64,000 bases of DNA, from the IMG/VR virus record IMGVR_UViG_3300021964_009400. The stretch is one strand, 5' to 3'. Below the pieces are notes generated by a model. That model made no database searches and was not told the DNA's origin. It saw nothing but the letters and a program-made list of their open reading frames with translations. This DNA is from a virus (Duplodnaviria > Caudoviricetes). The position numbers and the translations under genes were made by a program. Position 1 is the first letter of the stretch. The number at the start of each line of letters is the position of its first letter. Positions 61,701 to 64,000 of the stretch are shown here, one piece after another.

Positions 61701-64000
61701 AATTAGGTAAATTCTCTAAACACGATAGAGCAGGGTTAGATGAAAACAAAGCAACAAGAACAAAGTTCAATTTAACCATACCTTCTGATATTAAAAAACT
61801 TCAAAAGGCATTTAAAAAAGATAAAAAACAACTTTATGTAGTTGGTGGAGCAGTAAGAGATGCACTTGTTGGTAAGAAACCAAAAGATTTTGATTTAACA
61901 ACAGATGCAACACCAGAAGAAATGATTAAGATTGCTAAAAAAGGTAATTTTAAACATTCTACAAATAATATAAACACAAATCTTGATTTAGGAAGTATAG
62001 CAATCAATGGACATGAAGTAACTACCTTCAGACAAGATGTTGGTAAAGGTAGGAGACCAGATAAAGTAGTTTATTGTGATATTTCAACAGATTCGAAAAG
62101 AAGAGATTTAACTTGTAACTCTTTATACTACGATATTGAGAAAAAAGAGATTATTGATTTCCATGGTGGTGTAGAAGATATGAAAAAGGGAGTTATCAGA
62201 ACAGTTGGTAAACCAGCGGAAAGATTTGATGAGGACCCATTAAGAAAATTAAGAGCAGTAAGATTCGAAACTCGAATGAATGCTAAATTGGATAAAGAAA
62301 CTTTAGATGCACTTAAAAAAGATAACAACATATCACAACTTACAGGTGATAGAATAATGAGAGAGTTTAGAAGTGCAATTAAACAATCAAAAAATACTAA
62401 AGTTTATTTAGAAAGATGTGATGAAATTGGATTTACTAAACAAATCCTACCAGGTCTTAAAGTAAGTAAACCATATCCACACGATAATAACTATCTTACA
62501 TTTATTGCATTTATCCTAAGAGATAATGACCCAAATAATGTAGGAAAAGTATTAAATAAAATTGAGTATAGTAATGATGATAGAGATGATATCAAATTTT
62601 TAATATCACTAAAGAATTTTACACCTGATAAAATTATACAATTTAAAAAACTACATAATAATGTAAAAAAACTCAAAGATAAAGATATAGTAGAGTTTGG
62701 TAAACGAATTGGTAAAAAACTTGATAAGTTTGTAAAATTTAAACTATCAGTAAGTGGTAACGATGCACCAAAAGATTTAAAAGGACCTGAAATTGGATTG
62801 TGGTTAAAAAATCAAGAAAAGGAAAAGTTTATGAAAGAAATTGATGATTTAGTAAACGATATTGATAAAAAGATAGTTGAGATGTTTTTTCCAACTACTG
62901 AAATACCAAAACCAATAAACGAAGGTGGTGCGTATGGACATATGTCTCACCCATTTGATACTGATATCAATTTAACCTTTGGACAACTTAAAGATATCGT
63001 AAATCGTGCACTCGAAGGTACACTTGAGTTCACAAGAGAGAAAACAGATGGTCAAGCACTAGCTATTTCATGGAGAGATGGTAGGTTAGTAGCAGCGAGG
63101 AACAAAGGACACCTAAAGAACAGAGGTGAGAACGCTTTAGATATCAAAGGTGTATCAGATAAGTTCCAAGGTAGGGGTGGGTTAAGTGATGCATATAATT
63201 ATGCAATGAAAGACCTCTCAAATGCAATCAAATCACTTAACGATAAACAAAGAGATAAGATTTTTAAACAAGGTGCGTGTTTTATGAACCTTGAAGTGAT
63301 ATATCCAACATCAGTTAATGTGATTCCTTATGGACAGGCGCTACTTGTGTTTCATGGTACTATGGAATATGATATGGAAGGTAAAGCAATAGGTGAAAAT
63401 GGAGAAGCAGCAAGAATATTGGCAGGTATGATTAAACAAGTCAATAAAGATGTACAAGATAATTACACAATTCAAGGACCTCCTGTTGTAAAATTACCAA
63501 AATCTCAAGACCTTTCTAAGAAAAGAAGTAAATACTCATCAAAAATCTCAAAATTACAAAAAGAATTTGGATTAAAGGATACTGATGGTGTTGCAAACTA
63601 TCACCAAGGGTGGTGGGAACAATGGGTTGATAAAAATTCACCATCAACACTTGATAACAAAACCAAAATGGGGTTAGTTAAGAGATGGGCATTCATGGAT
63701 AAGAGTTTTAGATTAGATAATAAGAATATTTCTGATTCTAAAACACTTGAATGGGCTAAAAAGACAGATAAAGAGGACCAAAAGAAAATTTCCAAACAAA
63801 ATTTAATGAAGTTTGAAGAGATTTTTCTTGGTCTTGGAGCAGAAGTATTGGAATTCACCTCATCAGCACTAACAGTTAATGCAGATTCTGCAGTTCGTGA
63901 TATAAAGAAACGAATTGATAAAACAATTAAAGATGTTAAAAAATCAGGTGACCCAAAAAAGATAGAAAAACTTAAATTAGAACTTGAAAGATTAAATTCT
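58763..64000 (+). CDS. giant multidomain polyprotein (3' partial, at least 1746 aa): HxGH nucleotidyltransferase / KOW-like / Zn finger / basic / HExxH peptidase / HD / CCA-type NTase / RNA-ligase-like
   Basis: Translated by hand with no stop to the window end. GRFQPFHKGH (aa 28-37), CEKC/CHSC (423-445), HELVH (703), HPEG..FHDIGK (870-905), VGGAVRD..DFD (1027-1044), RRDLTCN, EDPLR, EKTDG (K1427). Confidence 0.88.
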   Translation, partial: MNKLSQFLVESILEDKSPIKKVVVIYGGRFQPFHKGHYGTYQHLVKKFGKNNVFISTSNKVEKPKSPFNFKEKVKIMTTMFNIPKSKIVQVKNNYAPTEILKKYDKNTTAFIAVVGEKDSNRFLGGKYFKPWKGHAEVGYEDGGYVYAAPSSGGGISGTETRNGLSVGSDDQKKSFFKSRAYGKFNATIFNMITDKLNEGVIEISKERIEEWLINESSVMSSGQVDDGPNFFIPNYDIFQRVSAKRAAKIGYEVVNMITSKEIEDYYDHPNYPDGPVKAVTYFPAGVLGAKTATNQVDIYSSKAYSNWYKHITRKASMVGYELVKSLASKEDLKQDKEQSVDDAKGDKVSQKEYEASLNEAINLPVEVGDTILMGRFKNKKVKVKTIGKDEHGMPTINGKKVVTFRLMKEGFVTELAGTEVKCEKCNHSWDIEEDDTEKYLCHSCGWDSQQQEYDYAAFDSWQEKMGISEDVDIDERSKGRLRPADLLRRKAAMAGKRAQIARRRKRTMMRRKPLSKLKKIAYKKAYLQVYDEFMQDLFPGIAKKDLSIQQAKIVHKNVLRKKKRVLKRARFRFLPALRDKEAEKFGGKNNTNELMIGYAGPEDMKRFAKRNKEYRKDAESSKEYQYEPIKEQSDKKTQCINNFVEYACKRLKLDGNPKISLMSGTEYSDTHKSLGGFNPQTKEIYVATENRLTADICRTIAHELVHRKQDEMGLLKDPIKDGADGSPIENQAHAVAGIIMREYGRIDDTIYQEEINSFYYDDLAKYVYKKRGVINKLFKNLSDEKKAEYLEKLYIKLFQGPTSRMVHRDIKGKGGDLLKMLRKDRRLKEGNELKKLEITDFKSLFKKMPSDLQKRVYNLKNFGQRADKHPEGNVLKHTITVVNRSIKEDDIDIAIAAMFHDIGKDETAGIHPKKGHITHFGHEKVSASLVKKYKKFIESVGGNPANVFYIVKNHMRYKQLSVMTPKKVNKLKSFRAFDKLGKFSKHDRAGLDENKATRTKFNLTIPSDIKKLQKAFKKDKKQLYVVGGAVRDALVGKKPKDFDLTTDATPEEMIKIAKKGNFKHSTNNINTNLDLGSIAINGHEVTTFRQDVGKGRRPDKVVYCDISTDSKRRDLTCNSLYYDIEKKEIIDFHGGVEDMKKGVIRTVGKPAERFDEDPLRKLRAVRFETRMNAKLDKETLDALKKDNNISQLTGDRIMREFRSAIKQSKNTKVYLERCDEIGFTKQILPGLKVSKPYPHDNNYLTFIAFILRDNDPNNVGKVLNKIEYSNDDRDDIKFLISLKNFTPDKIIQFKKLHNNVKKLKDKDIVEFGKRIGKKLDKFVKFKLSVSGNDAPKDLKGPEIGLWLKNQEKEKFMKEIDDLVNDIDKKIVEMFFPTTEIPKPINEGGAYGHMSHPFDTDINLTFGQLKDIVNRALEGTLEFTREKTDGQALAISWRDGRLVAARNKGHLKNRGENALDIKGVSDKFQGRGGLSDAYNYAMKDLSNAIKSLNDKQRDKIFKQGACFMNLEVIYPTSVNVIPYGQALLVFHGTMEYDMEGKAIGENGEAARILAGMIKQVNKDVQDNYTIQGPPVVKLPKSQDLSKKRSKYSSKISKLQKEFGLKDTDGVANYHQGWWEQWVDKNSPSTLDNKTKMGLVKRWAFMDKSFRLDNKNISDSKTLEWAKKTDKEDQKKISKQNLMKFEEIFLGLGAEVLEFTSSALTVNADSAVRDIKKRIDKTIKDVKKSGDPKKIEKLKLELERLNS

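Noticed and set aside
61745-62840. Poly(A) polymerase call for the nucleotidyltransferase module
   Set aside because: The bacterial PAP signature (GR[RK]F) is absent, and the adjacent CCA-type HD domain favours tRNA end repair.
1080-63858. Numerous minus-strand and alternative-frame ORFs in the track (e.g. 1080-1391, 6761-7174, 23052-23414, 59103-59339, 63601-63858)
   Set aside because: They overlap convincing + strand genes, have hydrophobic Phe/Leu/Ser-rich shadow composition and show no motifs. Those at 59103-63858 are shadows of the 58763 polyprotein.
58718-64000. Apparent gene-free 5 kb at the window end
   Set aside because: It is one continuous reading frame lacking a stop inside the window, so the track omitted it.

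Overview
This 64 kb window (very AT-rich, nearly all genes on the + strand) is part of a large lytic myophage genome with T4-like baseplate genes. The host is probably Bacteroidota, based on TTTG-N20/21-TAnnTTT(G/A) promoters. Order of content: accessory/regulatory genes (FkbM methyltransferase, peptide deformylase, lysozyme-like protein, gp55-like sigma, carbamoyltransferase, 2OG-Fe oxygenase, and a stand-alone structured ncRNA candidate); a baseplate/tail block (7.6-25.8 kb); replication genes (primase, fused SbcD-SbcC); a 2430-aa tail fibre; and an ~18 kb sugar biosynthesis/glycosyltransferase cluster. The most striking element is missing from the ORF track because it runs off the window end: an open frame from 58763 of at least 1746 codons. 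It strings together an HxGH nucleotidyltransferase, small KOW-like, Zn-finger and basic modules, an HExxH peptidase, an HD phosphohydrolase, a CCA-type nucleotidyltransferase and a KxDG RNA-ligase-like domain. Hydrophobic-x-Glu motifs resembling T4 prohead-protease sites sit at the domain junctions. My inference is a capsid-packaged, protease-processed polyprotein carrying a tRNA heal/seal/re-CCA counter-defence kit. Other leads are ~60 [ST]-G-S tripeptides concentrated in five tail/baseplate proteins (candidate glycosylation sequon), GT7 enzymes with an inserted LamG domain, and a recurrent TATTTATA promoter motif. All family calls are from motif recognition by eye; no searches were run.
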